In this document: positions 13,349 through 26,691 of the stretch, piece by piece
Layout: every line of letters begins with the position of its first letter
Position numbering within the stretch: position 1 is the stretch's first letter
NCBI RefSeq assembly: GCF_006345805.1
Contig: NW_021834487.1
Location: 186,001-250,000 of the forward strand
Reading direction: 5' to 3'
Source: Octopus sinensis
Lineage: Eukaryota
DNA: 64,000 bases
Notes under the pieces: generated by a model
Databases searched by the model: none
Told to the model about the DNA's origin: nothing
The model's input: only the letters and a program-made list of their open reading frames with translations
Made by a program: the position numbers and the translations under genes

Positions 13349-13795
13349 AAGGCGGCAAACTAACAAGATCGTTTACATGACGCCGACCAAAATGCTTAGC
13401 GGCATTTCATCCGGCTTAACGTCCGGATTTCAATTTCCACCGTCGTCGACTCTGCCTTTCATCTTTTCTGGGTCGATAAAATAAGTACCAGTTGAACACT
13501 GGGGTCGATGTAATCAGCTTACACTTCGCTTTGTAATTGCTGGCCTTGTGTCAAGATTTGAAGCCGGTATAGGATAATTCTTAGAGGCGAACTGTCAGAA
13601 TCGCTAGCACGCCAAACAAAACGCTTACCGGCATTTTGTCCCTTTTGGGGTTCTGAGTTCAAATTCAGACGAGGTTGAGTTTGTCTTTCACCCATTCATT
13701 GTTGATAAAGTAAGTTCCAGTTGAGCACTGGGAGCAATTTAATCGACTTATCCCATCCTCCCGAAATTGCTGGCCTTGTGCCATAATTAGAAAGC
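13349..13795 (+). mobile_element. Two adjacent copies of SINE family B (13349-13565, 13583-13795)
   Basis: AAGGCGGC..AGAATCG..AAATGCTTAGCGG head. Central GTCGACT..GCCTTTCATC..GGGTCGATAAAATAAGTACCAGTT block (resembles the Meta-SINE central domain). Confidence 0.85.
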
Positions 13796-14200
13796 TGGAT
13801 ATCTTAAGCCACTAAATACGACGGAATCATTACCGAATACAACATGTCCAGGAGCTCCTCATATGATTAACTATTGCATGCCGAGATGTATATTTTGCTT
13901 CTCAATGAGATCGAAGTATGATGATCTAAAATTGTGAATGAATGAATCAAATTGAGTCTTTCACCCCGATCTGGATGTACATAATGACGGCAACAACAAC
14001 AACAGCAGCAACAAGAAAATTACACGTAGGATATTATAAAACATCATCCTCATTTATCACTTACTAGCAGTATAACCCGCCTTTGCCCAGGATTAAGTTA
14101 GGATTGTTGAGGTAATCAAGTTCTTTATTTGAAACCAAACTAAGTAACATCGACGTCAAATTTGGGCGAAATCCGTTGAAATTGTTTTATGAAATTATAC

Positions 14201-14273
<73 letters not shown>

Positions 14274-14454
14274 TAAATAAATGGCACAACGAAGTACCGA
14301 TATTTACTGGAAAATAGCGACGTAATAAATACGACGCTAATGTATAGCTTCACTGCGTATGTTATAGCAAAGATGCGTGTGTGCAACAAACATGAAAAAA
14401 ATTGTCTTACCTCTATGACGGACATCTGAAAAATGAAATACCTAGAAATGGATA

Positions 14455-14526
14455 ATATGGTACCGGTTTCAGATTCTTCAAAATAGGTCTGCCAACATAT
14501 ATTTGATTTATCCTCATCAGCCACAT
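14455..14526 (-). ncRNA. Minimal type I hammerhead ribozyme, lower-coordinate copy
   Basis: Minus strand: atgtgg-CTGATGA-ggat...atct-GAAACCGGTA-ccatat. 6-bp stem I, extended stem II, palindromic ACCGGT stem III, GUA cleavage site. Confidence 0.85.
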
Positions 14527-14881
14527 ATACCTCGACGATATTTCAAATGTTGCCACATCTATGCTAGTACACTCGACTGAACGCCAAAACGTTGACGGAA
14601 CGAGAACAGTGAAGAAGTTTCAATGAAAATAGTAATGCAATACGAGAGTATTGCTTTCTAGTAAAGGATAGCCCGTGAGGGTAAAATTATACATAAAAGT
14701 AAATAAATGGCACAACGAAGTACCGATATTTACTGGAAAATAGCGAACGTAATAAATACGACGCTAATGTATAGCTTCACTGAGTATGTACTAGTAAAGA
14801 TGCGTGTGTGAAACAAACATGAAAAAAATTGTCTTACCTCTAGGAAGAACATCTGAAAAATGAAATACCAAGAAATGGATA

Positions 14882-14953
14882 ACGTGGTACCGGTTTCAGA
14901 TTCTTCAAAATACGTCTGCCAACATATATTTGATTTATCCTCATCAGCCACAT
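14882..14953 (-). ncRNA. Minimal type I hammerhead ribozyme, higher-coordinate copy
   Basis: Minus strand: atgtgg-CTGATGA-ggat...atct-GAAACCGGTA-ccacgt. Stem I differs from the other copy (ccacgt vs ccatat) but both pair with atgtgg. Confidence 0.85.
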
Positions 14954-15025
14954 ATACCTCGACGATATTTCAAATGTTGCCACATCTATGCCAGTACACT
15001 CGACTTTATGTATATGCATTACTAT

Positions 15026-15107
<82 letters not shown>

Positions 15108-16329
15108 TACACATAATAATATATGGGCAACACAACGTACGTACTACACCTATTAATACATGTTTTTTGTACGCATACTTGTTCGTGTCTCTGTGTTGCT
15201 CGCATATCAACAAAGCACTTTTTTCCTCGATGGAAAAAAAACACAACAATAGTCTTTAAAACGTATTCGTCCCTAGAAGGGGACTTAACTCCTGTTTTTA
15301 ACTCCGACTTGAAAATTTTGGTTAAAAATTTATTTTTACTGCTATTCACTGCTGCCTCTGGGAAAATAAGTTGACAAATATACAACTATGGTCATAACGA
15401 ATGTCCTAAAATTGAGTGCCATGCGTGGTAATTTGTGAACGTGCATAAATTACATTCATGTACACACACACACACACACATCCTGCCTTTGATATATAAA
15501 GATGTCTGTATCCGAAAAAATACCGTATTAAGTTAATCAGTGATAAATAAATAACAGGACAAATAAGGAAAATAGCTCTCGTTCCGAGACCTCACGTTGT
15601 CCAAACCGTTGTGGAAAGTCGCTGAGATACGCTTTTGTGGTTGAAGCGGAATCTTCGACTGCTCTCCGACTCGTGTTATCACACTTCACTTCGTGATAAA
15701 CGTAACGCCGTTCATAATTAGCATACAGAATTATCTCACAGCTGTGATGAATGAATCAATGACAAAACGCAGACAGATGTACTAAATACACTATGCCACA
15801 AAAGGGAACAGGATTGCATGGCTATAACTGGAACCTTTTTATTAGGATATATGTCTGCTGTGTATATATGCATGCCTATATATTTTCTACCAGGTACGGA
15901 CTCAATATCTGGTAACGAGAGACGTAGTTTACAGACGGTAGTATATAATAGGTTATTGACGATGATAATACTCGGAACAGAAATATTATATATGAGCAAT
16001 GATTATTTAATAATACTTTATGATTGAGACGAGATTGACCGGGTATGTTTTACATTTAAAAGAGGTGGGCACAATTTAGTACGAGATTTCGTTGCTATTT
16101 CTAGAAGATTCAGTGATCTCATAAAAGCCTGCTTGTTAACCTGAGCTTACAATTGGTAGATAGTTTCAGTTGGATCTGAAATGTATGATAAATTCTTTAT
16201 AGTTTTGGAATTACAAATAATACTACAACTTAGCCCGGCAGAATTTATTCGAAGTTCATACAATGGACATGTCTTAGTATATCTTATATTTGCATATAGA
16301 AGGCTTCCACATTCATAATCAAGTGTGTT

Positions 16330-16482
16330 ATTTATGTATGTACATATGTGTGTATCTGCGTGTGTGTTAATACACGTATGTGCACGTGTGTGTTAATATA
16401 TGTATGCGTGTGTCTGTACGTATGCGTTTGTTTGTGTGTGTTAATATTAGATACATGTGTGTGTATGTATATAATATATACG

Positions 16483-16525
<43 letters not shown>

Positions 16526-17355
16526 ATATATATATACATATATGCATACATATGTATATACATTTATATATATATATATATACAGCATATATATGTGTGT
16601 GTGTGTGTGTGTGTATGTATGAATTAGATAAATAGTTATGTACGCACACATGTACGCACGCACACATGTACGCACGCACACATGTACGCACGCACACACA
16701 CGTATGTAAGTGTGTGTGTTTCGGCATGTGTGCGCGGGTGCGATTCTACGAGCATAAGTATGTGTGTACCATTATATCGGTCTAACAGGTGTGTATATAT
16801 GTCCGAGAATATACAAATTATAGCGACATTTGAATATATCTGTGTGAACATGTGCATGCATGTGTGTATGTATATGTGTATGAATGCATATGTGTGCTTG
16901 TGTGTGTGTGTATATATGTATGAGTGCATATCTGCATATACGCATGCACATATATGTACATATATTTACACACCTACCCATACAAACACGTGCATACACG
17001 TACATCTAAGCACACGTTGATAAGTTTCTTTGTTTTTTTTTTATGTGGGGAGGTGTGATATCCAATTGAGGTTGTGTGGAATTTTATCACGTTATAAAAT
17101 CATTTATGTTTGCATAATGTGATTTCCAGATACAGAAAAAATAAGATGAGAGGGAGAGAGAACATGCACTCGTACACACACGTACACACGTGCGCGGACA
17201 CTCACACGCACACACACACACCACTTACAAATACGCGCACACACGAACACTCACTTGCATACACGCATACACACATATGTATATGTATATACATATACGT
17301 ATATATGTATGTATATCTATATCTATCTATCTATCTATCTCTCTCTATATATATG

Positions 17356-17395
<40 letters not shown>

Positions 17396-17468
17396 TATAT
17401 AATTATATATTGTATGTGTACATATATATATCTATGTATACATGTATATGTATACACACGCATATACG

Positions 17469-17519
<51 letters not shown>

Positions 17520-17726
17520 ATATATATATATATATGTATATATATGTATATATATATATATACATATATATATATACTTATATATATACGTATATATTTA
17601 TATATATATGTATATATAATTATACACATGTACACACACACGCACACACATACGCACACACACACACATATATATATATAGACATACACACACATATATA
17701 TGTATATAGTATGCATGCATGTGTGT

Positions 17727-17762
<36 letters not shown>

Positions 17763-17765
17763 CAT
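16330..17765. repeat. Large compound (TA)n/(TG)n/(CA)n low-complexity region, with a 16-bp minisatellite (CATGTACGCACGCACA x3) at about 16640-16700
   Basis: Direct reading. Confidence 0.9.
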
Positions 17766-18075
17766 ATGTATGTATACGTAAGGCCAGGTGGAGGGTGAAG
17801 GATAGCTAGTAAAATGGAGTAGGAGAAACTTCGAGAAAACAGAAATCATATTAGCGAAATACAGTGCCACCGATTGTTAGAAACTGAAACAAAAAATGTC
17901 TAACTTGACCCTTCATGAATGAGGTTATTCATAAACCAACTTGTGGCATAACCTTTTGAAGAAGTTCCCTTCGTAAGCGGGGCACGACTGCGTTGTTAGC
18001 TGCATAAAGCGAATAAAATGGAAGAGATAAAAAAAAACAAAAAAAACAAATCACTGTTATTGCATTTGTTGGTGT

Positions 18076-18106
<31 letters not shown>

Positions 18107-18748
18107 AGCAGTGGTGGTGGTGGTGGTGAGTCTGGTGTTGATTTATCTGTGTCTCTCGTTATATCCGTTTGTTTGTTCGATAGTTTGTTTTTGTTGTTGA
18201 AGTTGTGTTTGCGGTGGCTTGTTGCTGCATTAATAAACGTTGCTTATTCAAATTTCACGTCACGATGGTTGCAAGATTGAAGAGCTTATGTACTCTATAC
18301 TTTGCAGATATATAAAAATGTGAGGATGCTGCAGCAGGTTGTACGATACTTTGCAGTCAGCAGATATTATAATCATTCACCAGCAGAGGATACAACAGTA
18401 TTGTACAATAAATATTAAAATATTTGCAGTGGATATTACCATATTTTAAACATAGATTTTACCATGATTTTGCAAAAGATATCATTATATATTATAATTA
18501 TTATAAAATTGTTCTGTTAGTATTACAGTGTTTGGCAGTTGTCAGGTTGCTTACCTTATATATAAGGAGGATGTCTTGCAGAAGTAGGTATGTTTTTCAT
18601 AGATATTACGATATTTGTCAATACTATGGCGCTTATCACAGACATTATGAGATTTTTGTATTAGATACTAAATTCTCGTTGATGATAAAATGACTCAAGG
18701 ACCCAAAAGCGTCGTAATAGGTGTTCTTTCGAAAATGTTATTCTTCGA

Positions 18749-18953
18749 TTCTTTTACTTGTTTCAGTAATTTGAGTGCGGCAATGCTGGATCACCGTCTT
18801 TAATCGAAGGAGTCGACACCAGCTCTTATTCTTTGTAAGCCTAGTACTTATTCTATCGGTCTCTTCTTTGCCTAACCGTTAAATTACGGGGACGTAAAGA
18901 CACCAACATCGGTTGTTAAGCGATGGTGGGGAGACAAACTCAGACACAGGAAC

Positions 18954-18993
<40 letters not shown>

Positions 18994-19152
18994 CGGGCTT
19001 CTTTCAGTTTCCGGCTACCAAACCCACTCTCAAGGCTTTGGTCGGCCTGAGACTATGGTAGAAGACACTTGCCCAAGGTGCCGCGCAGTCGAACTGAACA
19101 CAGTAACATGTGGTTGGGAAGGAAGCTTCTTACCACACAGCCACTCCTGAGC
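18749..19152 (-). mobile_element. SINE family A, full length
   Basis: Family A consensus. Confidence 0.88.
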
Positions 19153-19319
19153 CTAGTATAGTTATGTTATTTTCAATGTATATTGCGACGGTGCTCCATA
19201 GTATAAGCGCCAATTTCAATCAGAACAGTGTTAGAAGATACAAGAGGAATAGCAAAATTCAAACAAACAAAGAAACTTTTTATCTGCACATAAATTTAAT
19301 ACTATATAATACATATGGA

Positions 19320-19650
19320 CGCAGAAGTGGTTGCGTGGTTCCGGGTTCAGTCCCATAGCGTGGCACCAACCTTGTGAGTGGATTTGGTAGACGGAAACTG
19401 AAAGAAGCGCGTCGAATATATGTACATATGTGTGTGTGTATATGTTTGTGTGTCTGTGTTTGTCCACCTAACATCGCTTGACAACCGATGGTGGTGTGTT
19501 TACCACCTCGTAACTTGGCGGTTCTGTAAAAGAGACCGATAGAATAAGTACTAGGCTTCCAAAGAATAAGTCCTGGTGTCGATTTGCTCGACTAAAGGCG
19601 GTGTTCCAGCATGGCTGCAGTCAAACGACTGAAACAGTAAAAGAAAAAAA
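19320..19650 (+). mobile_element. SINE family A with internal deletions, followed by (GAAA)n
   Basis: GGTTCCGGGTTCAGTCCCATAGCGTGGCACC...GACTGAAACAGTAAAAG. Confidence 0.85.
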
Positions 19651-20029
19651 GAAAGAAAGAAAGAAAGAATGAAAGAAAGAAAGAAAAAAGAAAGAAAGAA
19701 AAAAGAAAGAAAGAAAGTAAGAAAGAAAGGAATAACGAATAGCCATCTATGTATCTTGCCTAATTTTTATACATACTGTCGATAGGCCAGTTACTACTGG
19801 ACTGATTTGAGATAACAGCTGTTATGGACGTGTTGTGGCAATCAATTGCAAGGGGAAACAAAAAATTCGTCCCTTCAGCGGCCAGCGAGAATGCCTAATG
19901 CAAGTCGGCTTTTTTTTTTTTCTTTAACCATTTCAATCGCAAGTACAAACAATCATCTGCATACACGTGCTAGAAATACATACATGTTTATTTTCATTTA
20001 ATGCAATAACAATTGCAGACATTCAGTTG

Positions 20030-20200
20030 GATGGCTATTTGCCTCATCAGAGTATGATTGAACCACTTGTTACACGAGAAGCGACAAATTCTCGTCCGAG
20101 CAAGCAGCTGACTGAGATACTTTATGGCCCTGAAAAGGTTCCCAAAATCCGAAATCGATCTGGCCTTCTTACTGGCCACTGATGGAACGAATGTTCGCTT
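20030..20200 (-). mobile_element. Penelope-like remnant with a decayed hammerhead
   Basis: Minus strand CTGATGA-GGC(AAATA)GCC with the GAAA lost. Upstream DRFRILGT is reminiscent of a GIY-YIG C-terminus. Confidence 0.35.
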
Positions 20201-20497
20201 CCCTCTTATATATATTGTGTTTTTAACATAGTATGAGCATATGAGTCGATATCTCAGGGCAAATACTACAGCATAAATATGTATGATACATAGATGACCA
20301 TTTTAATTTAATATTACATTTATTTCCCGTACCAGATATATAGAATATTACTAATGGAGGTTCATCACTTCACTGAAGTACCAGAGACAGTTTATGACAC
20401 TATTCGAGTTAGATTCATTGCTTCCAGTCACTTTTTCGTCACAGATTTGTGCATATGATATATTGATATCAATTACATGAAAATAGTATCCAGTCGT

Positions 20498-20676
20498 AGG
20501 CGTAGGAGTGGCTGTGTCGTAAGTAGCTTGCTTACGAAACAGATGGTTCCGGGTTCAGTCCCACTGCGTGGCATCTTAGGCAAGTATTTTCTACTATAGC
20601 CTCGGGCCGACCAAAGCCTTGTAAGTGGATTTGGTAGACGAAAACTGAAAGAAGTCCGTCGTTTTATATATATATA

Positions 20677-20710
<34 letters not shown>

Positions 20711-20711
20711 C

Positions 20712-20750
<39 letters not shown>

Positions 20751-20955
20751 TTTTGCGTGTCTGTGTTTGTTCCCCCAGCGTCGCTTGACAACCGATGCAG
20801 GCGCGTTACGTCCCTGTAACTTAGCGGTTCGGCAAAAGAGACCGATAGAATAAATACTAAGCTTAGAAAGAATAAGTCCTGCGGTCGATTTGCTCGACTA
20901 AAGGCGGTACTCCAGCATGGCCACAGTCAAATGATTGAAGCAAGTAAAAGTAAAA
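20498..20955 (+). mobile_element. SINE family A, full length
   Basis: Family A consensus. Confidence 0.9.
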
Positions 20956-21569
20956 GCAAAAAAGAGAAAATATGCATAAATATATATATATATGTATCTA
21001 TATATATATATATATTATACATATACATATTATATATATAATATACATACACACGTATATACATGTATGTAAGTATGTGAGTATGTATGCATGTATATGT
21101 GTGTGTACGTATGTATGTTTTACGATGGCTTGTAGTAAACATTTGTTTCTATTTTCTGTTTGTTGGTTTAGCAATCCCTGCAGTCGATATTACATGGTGT
21201 TACTGTAAATATGATACTTTGCAGTAAATATTATACTATTTTGCAGTAAATATTACAATATTTGCAGAACGGTGTGTGGCTGTCCGTGAGTAGATTGTAT
21301 GGCAATTCTGTTAGTCCACGAGTACGAGGTTTTGCAGTGTATATTATAATATGTAAATGTCTGTTATGATTTATGATTTCTGTATATGATTATATGTTTT
21401 CTGTTATGTAGCTTGGTAGCATTGTAGACGCATACACAACACTCATTGGTTCATAAATAAAACCTACTAGTTAGCTTTTAATCTCGCACACACAGACACA
21501 TACAAGCAAACATGCGCACACAAATGCTTACATACATATTATATGTGTGTGTATGTGTGTACATATACA

Positions 21570-21835
21570 CACGTGGCTCATTTGGTTAGGGTACCCGTGC
21601 GTTCGATTCACGCCGGCATGTTGTGTCCTTCGGGAGGGCACTTTATTTCAAGTTGCTCCAGTTCATTCAGCTGGTAAAGATGAATTGAACTTGTATTTCA
21701 AACGGTCAGCGGAGTCCACAGTTCGTGCCACGCTGAATCTCCCTGAGAAATAACTTAAGGGTACGCTCGTTTGTGAAGTGCTCAGCCACTTGCACGTTAA
21801 TTTCACGAGCAGGCTGTTCCTTAACCATCAGAGTG
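21570..21835 (+). mobile_element. Decayed SINE (third type)
   Basis: GTGGCTCATTTGGTTAGGG..GTTCGATTC head, GTTGCTCCAGTTCATTCAGCTGG core, GTGCTCAGCCACTTGCACGTTAATTTCACGAGCAGGCTGTTCC tail. Confidence 0.6.
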
Positions 21836-22309
21836 CTAGTCCAGAGACACACGCACACAGACACACAGACACACGCACACTCACATACACACTCTCATTC
21901 ATACACACATCTATATGTATGTGATTTAGACACATAGAGAAAATAATTTACCCGGTGATTATCAGACATCGAAACAAAATCCTTTCTATGGAAGAGTTAA
22001 AACATAATATTTCATGAAGGAGATATTTTGCAATGTTTTTCTGTGCATATAGCAACAGTTTAGAATATAATTGATTTGTAACATGGAGAAAAATCACTCG
22101 GAGAATGAGGCTGAGTTGGGTGCTCATAGTTGATTTTATCAGCTCAACCACTTAACTAGCACTGACGTTGTCGGTCACTCGATGATTAACCTTAGCTAGA
22201 TTTCAAACTCTACATGTAAAGCAGTTTTCTTTATGTAGTCAGCCGCTCTATCGAATTTGCCAATCGACTAAGCTTGTTGTCTGCATATATCACGAGACAC
22301 ACACCACCG

Positions 22310-22355
<46 letters not shown>

Positions 22356-22384
22356 TAATATATATATATATTATATATTTTATG

Positions 22385-22423
<39 letters not shown>

Positions 22424-22575
22424 TCATGCATACAGATGCGTGCACGAGTGTATTTGTGTATGTATATTGTTCTCGCAAACACACATTGATAGAATATGTA
22501 CATGGGGGTGTGTATGCGTGTGTAGTTGTGTATATGTGTATATCTATATGGTAGTATACACAGTAAATGATAATT

Positions 22576-23218
22576 GAGGTCGACTTTGTCTATCATCCCT
22601 TCGGAGTCGATAAATTAGGTATCAGTTGCGTACTGGGGTCAATCTCATAGACTGGCCCCCTTCCCGAAAATTTCGGGTTTCGTGCCTAGAGTAGAAAAGA
22701 ATATATACGGTAAATGAAGGTGGCGATCTGGCAGAAATGTTTGCACGCCGGGTAAAAGGATTAGCGGCATTTCGTTGATCCTTAGGTTCTGATTTCAAAT
22801 CCGTCGAGATCGACTTTGCCTCTCATCCATTCGGGGTCGATAATATAAGTACCAGTTGAGTACTGAGGTTCGATGTTATCGACGTACCCACTCCCTTGAA
22901 ATTGCTGGCCTTGTGCCAAAGTTTGAAATCAATGTATACTGCAAATAAGGCGTCGTGCTCGCATAATCATTAGCACGCCGGAAAAAATGTTTGGCGTAGT
23001 TTCGTACGTCTTCACGTTCCGAGTATAAATACCGCAAGGGTTGACCTTGCTTTTCCTCCTTCTAGACTCGATAAAACAAGTAGCATTTGCGTACTGGAGT
23101 CGATGTAATCGATTTGCTGCCTACTCCGAAATTACTGCCCTTGTGCTAAAATCTGAAATCAATAGAGGCGCAGGAGTGGCTGTGTGGTAAGTAGCTTGCT
23201 TACCAACCACATGGTTCT
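22576..23218 (+). mobile_element. Cluster of three SINE family B copies plus a truncated family A head (23165-23218)
   Basis: Three GTCGACTTTG..CATCC..GGGTCGAT..AAGTACCAGTT-type blocks, then AGGCGCAGGAGTGGCTGTGTGGTAAG truncated at (ATC)n. Confidence 0.85.
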
Positions 23219-23219
23219 T

Positions 23220-23430
23220 GTGATCATTATCATCCATTAGTATCCTCATCATTATCATCCTCATCATAATATCATCCTCATCATCATCATCGATGTTGTC
23301 GTCGTCATCGGCATGATCATTATCATCATCAACATCATCATTATCGTCATCATCCTCGTTGACGTCATCATCATTTTCATCGCCGCCGTCGCTGTCGTCA
23401 TCATCGTCGTCGTAGGTGTCATCGATGAAT
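23220..23430. repeat. (ATC)n/(GTC)n trinucleotide tract
   Basis: Direct reading. Confidence 0.9.
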
Positions 23431-23597
23431 TACTATTAACAAGGACAGCCATAAGTTATTCTGAACGTATTTTAATGCTCTGATATTTTAAACAAACAAA
23501 AGTGCCGGCTCTCTGTCTCGGTCACAAACGGAACACTTATACTGATGATGTTTAGTGGATCGTAGCTGAACTCTGTCCTAAGCAACATCAACAACAG

Positions 23598-23790
23598 TGG
23601 AGGCGCAATGGCCCAGGGGTTAGGGCAGCGGACTCGCGGTCGTAAAAAGGCGCTTTCGATTCCCAAACCAGGCATTATGAATGTTTATTGAGCAAAAACA
23701 TCTAAGCTCCAAGAGGCTCCAGCGGGAAGGGGCGGTGAACCCCGCTGTACTCTTTCACCACAACTTTCTCTCACTCTTACTTCCTACGTC
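23598..23790 (+). mobile_element. tRNA-derived SINE, 5' part (fourth type)
   Basis: GGAGGCGCAATGGCCCAGGGGTTAGGGCAGCGGACTCGCGG...TTTCGATTCCC with A/B-box-like motifs. Confidence 0.65.
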
Positions 23791-24075
23791 TTCCTCAAAG
23801 CAGAGGAACCATGGTGTAACCTACTATGGTGTGGTAAACTTTCAGGCTCCAGTCTAGATTGCGAATCCTCTGTACCCCAGGATGGTTCGGCTCTCCACCT
23901 GTTAAAAGCCACCGTTTACGGAATGAGGATAACAACGTAGCTTTCGCGCCCGTGCAACCGCCAGTCTATGGCGTGTGGTGGGTGGATCTTCAAGTTACCG
24001 CGCGCATTCTTAGTAACTTAGAGTAGGCTCGAATTAGAGATTATTCTTTGTGGCTAATGGCGTGAGTCCTGATCG

Positions 24076-24451
24076 GAAGAAGAAGAAGAAAAGAAGAAGA
24101 AGAAGAAGAAGAAGAAGAAGAAGAAGAAGAAGAAGAAGAAGAAGAAGAAGGAGGAGGAGGAGGAGAAGAAGAAGAAAAAGAAGAAGAAGGCGAAGGAGGA
24201 GGAGAAGAAGACGAAAAGAAGAAGAGAAGGAGGAGAAAGGAGGCGAAGAAGAAGAAGAAGAAGAAGAGGAGGAAGAGAAGAAGAAGAAGAGAAGAAGAAG
24301 GAGGAGAAGAAGAAGAAGAAGAAAAGAAGAAGAAGAGAAGCAGAGAAGAAGAAGAAAGAGGCAGACGAAGAGAAGGAAGAGAAGAAGAAGAAGAAGAAGA
24401 AGAAGAAGAAGAAGAAGAAGAAAAAGAAGAAGAAGAAGAAGAAGAAGAAGA
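24076..24451. repeat. Long imperfect (GAA)n/(GAG)n tract
   Basis: About 375 bp; source of the poly-R/poly-E/poly-S pseudo-ORFs. Confidence 0.95.
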
Positions 24452-25089
24452 CATCAGCAACATTGGCAGTATCGGTTAGAAGCCTAGAACTGTATGTAGA
24501 CAACTTCAAGTTGGACACACCAATACCCTATCGTCTCCCGGTACGATTACCTGTAGGAATATAACCACAGACTCGCTAGCACCAGTAAACCACACAACCA
24601 ACACATGAAATACTGACCATTTTCATCCACCGGACCAATAACATCATCGCCAACACCATCACCACCACTAACAACAACAACAACAACACACAGCAGAAGC
24701 AACATTCCATCCCTATCTTATGAAAACCTTACAGGTTAGTATTATTTCGAACGGGCCGAAAAGGTGATATATTATATTGGACTTATTAAATTACAACATG
24801 TTTTGACACCGACTTTAACAATTTTTGACAAGTGGAACCATTTATTGCTGGAATATTCTGTAGGGTTTGATGTTTATTGCCACAAGTTCTCAATAGCAGC
24901 CTCTTATAAATGGCTCACCACATCAACGTATAATCTTCTGTATCACGCCATGATATATTTGCAATGAACTGCAACAACGATAAACAATTAAACGAAATGT
25001 ATACAAGCAACCAACACATACAAGCATACAGATGGATATACTCACGCATACACACCCAAACACACACACATACCTACCTACATACATAC

Positions 25090-25126
<37 letters not shown>

Positions 25127-25226
25127 CGTGTGTGTACATGTGTATGCGTGTATTTATACATATATATATATATAGAATATATGGCTATATGCATGTATGT
25201 TTGTATATATGTGTGTGTGTGTTTCT

Positions 25227-25275
<49 letters not shown>

Positions 25276-25379
25276 ATATATATAACATGGCTATCTGCAT
25301 GTATGTTTGTTATATATGTGTGTGTGTTTGTGGATATAATATATTTATATATATATCATACATACACTATATATATATC

Positions 25380-25428
<49 letters not shown>

Positions 25429-26567
25429 CATGGATATATGTATGTATGTTTATAATGTGTTTTTTGTGTGTGTGTGCATAATACTTCTATCTTGCTTAGC
25501 TTCTATATAACCATAGCGATATAAACGAGTATATATATATATATATATATACGCATGTACACATACATATATCTCTACATGAATACCTATACACATGCCT
25601 ATTTATATACATATGCATGCATATATACGCACGTGTGTATGCATGTATTTTATGTATGTATGTATGTATGTATGTATGTATGTATGTATGCATGTATGAA
25701 TGTGTATGTATGTCTATATATACCTGCAAACATTCATACATACACGCATAACTATTCTATTTCAGCTTCCATATGAACATACGCCTTATGCAAATGAGTA
25801 TGACTATAAATTCACCCACGTATACACACACACACATACACATATACACACACATATATGCGAATGTCTGCTATGTGCGAATGCTCTACATACATAAACG
25901 GTTGCATATATTAGTTATACAAATAATTGTCGCTTCATGTCCATGTGGCATGATGCAGTCGTAATGAAAAGCAATGAGATATTGAATGGTCTTAACACTA
26001 TTCCGCTATTCCGGCATTCTTTTATTTCCCTATTCTATTCTAATCTATTTGTCCACGCTTCAACTTCACGCTCTTTCCTCCACCAACTATTTCCAACCTT
26101 GATTCACCAACCATTTCATATCACCGGTTTAATTAATACATCTCATATAGAAAGGATTTACAAAACAAGCTTCATTATATATTCGTGTTGTAGTTGGCCT
26201 TAGAAGCATTTTGAATCTGTCAAAGCTATGATAAATCCCACTCGTTGTATTAGGATTGAGACCAAGATCAAAAGATAAAAGAATTTGTGATTATTTAAAT
26301 CTTCATGTAGGTTTTGACATCCGTTATTTTTTTTTATCTCCCCTATTCTGCCACTCTTCAAAAGTGGTGTAGTAAGTAGGTCCGCTCTCTTTTTGCTCTT
26401 TATCTCTCTTCGCTTACTCTTGTTTCTTACTCTTTCTCTTTCTCTGCTCTTTCTACTCCTCTTCATCTCTCTACCTAGATTCTTTGCTACATCTCTCTAT
26501 ATATATGCATATATTTATACACGCATATGTATATATATATATGTCTATATATATATATGTATGTATC

Positions 26568-26613
<46 letters not shown>

Positions 26614-26630
26614 GTATGTATCTATATATA

Positions 26631-26691
<61 letters not shown>

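Larger units (their letters stand above)
14192..15005. repeat. Direct repeat pair (14192-14578, with an internal (TA)n expansion; 14684-15005), 427-nt period
   Basis: About 310 bp aligned nearly base for base (aagtaaataaatggcacaacgaagtaccg...gtacactcgact), with a unique spacer of about 105 bp. Confidence 0.95.
14064..15502 (-). mobile_element. Composite bounded by non-autonomous Helitron termini and containing the tandem hammerhead repeat
   Basis: Minus-strand 5' end A|TCTTTATATATC at 15502, followed by (TG)n. Minus-strand 3' end is an imperfect hairpin + CTAG|T at 14064, and its first 11 nt (ACTAGCAGTAT) match the Helitron at 29960. Whether both ends belong to one element is uncertain. Confidence 0.55.

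Noticed and set aside
24050-24487. 145-aa Arg/Glu-rich protamine-like ORF
   Set aside because: It is simply the (GAA)n tract
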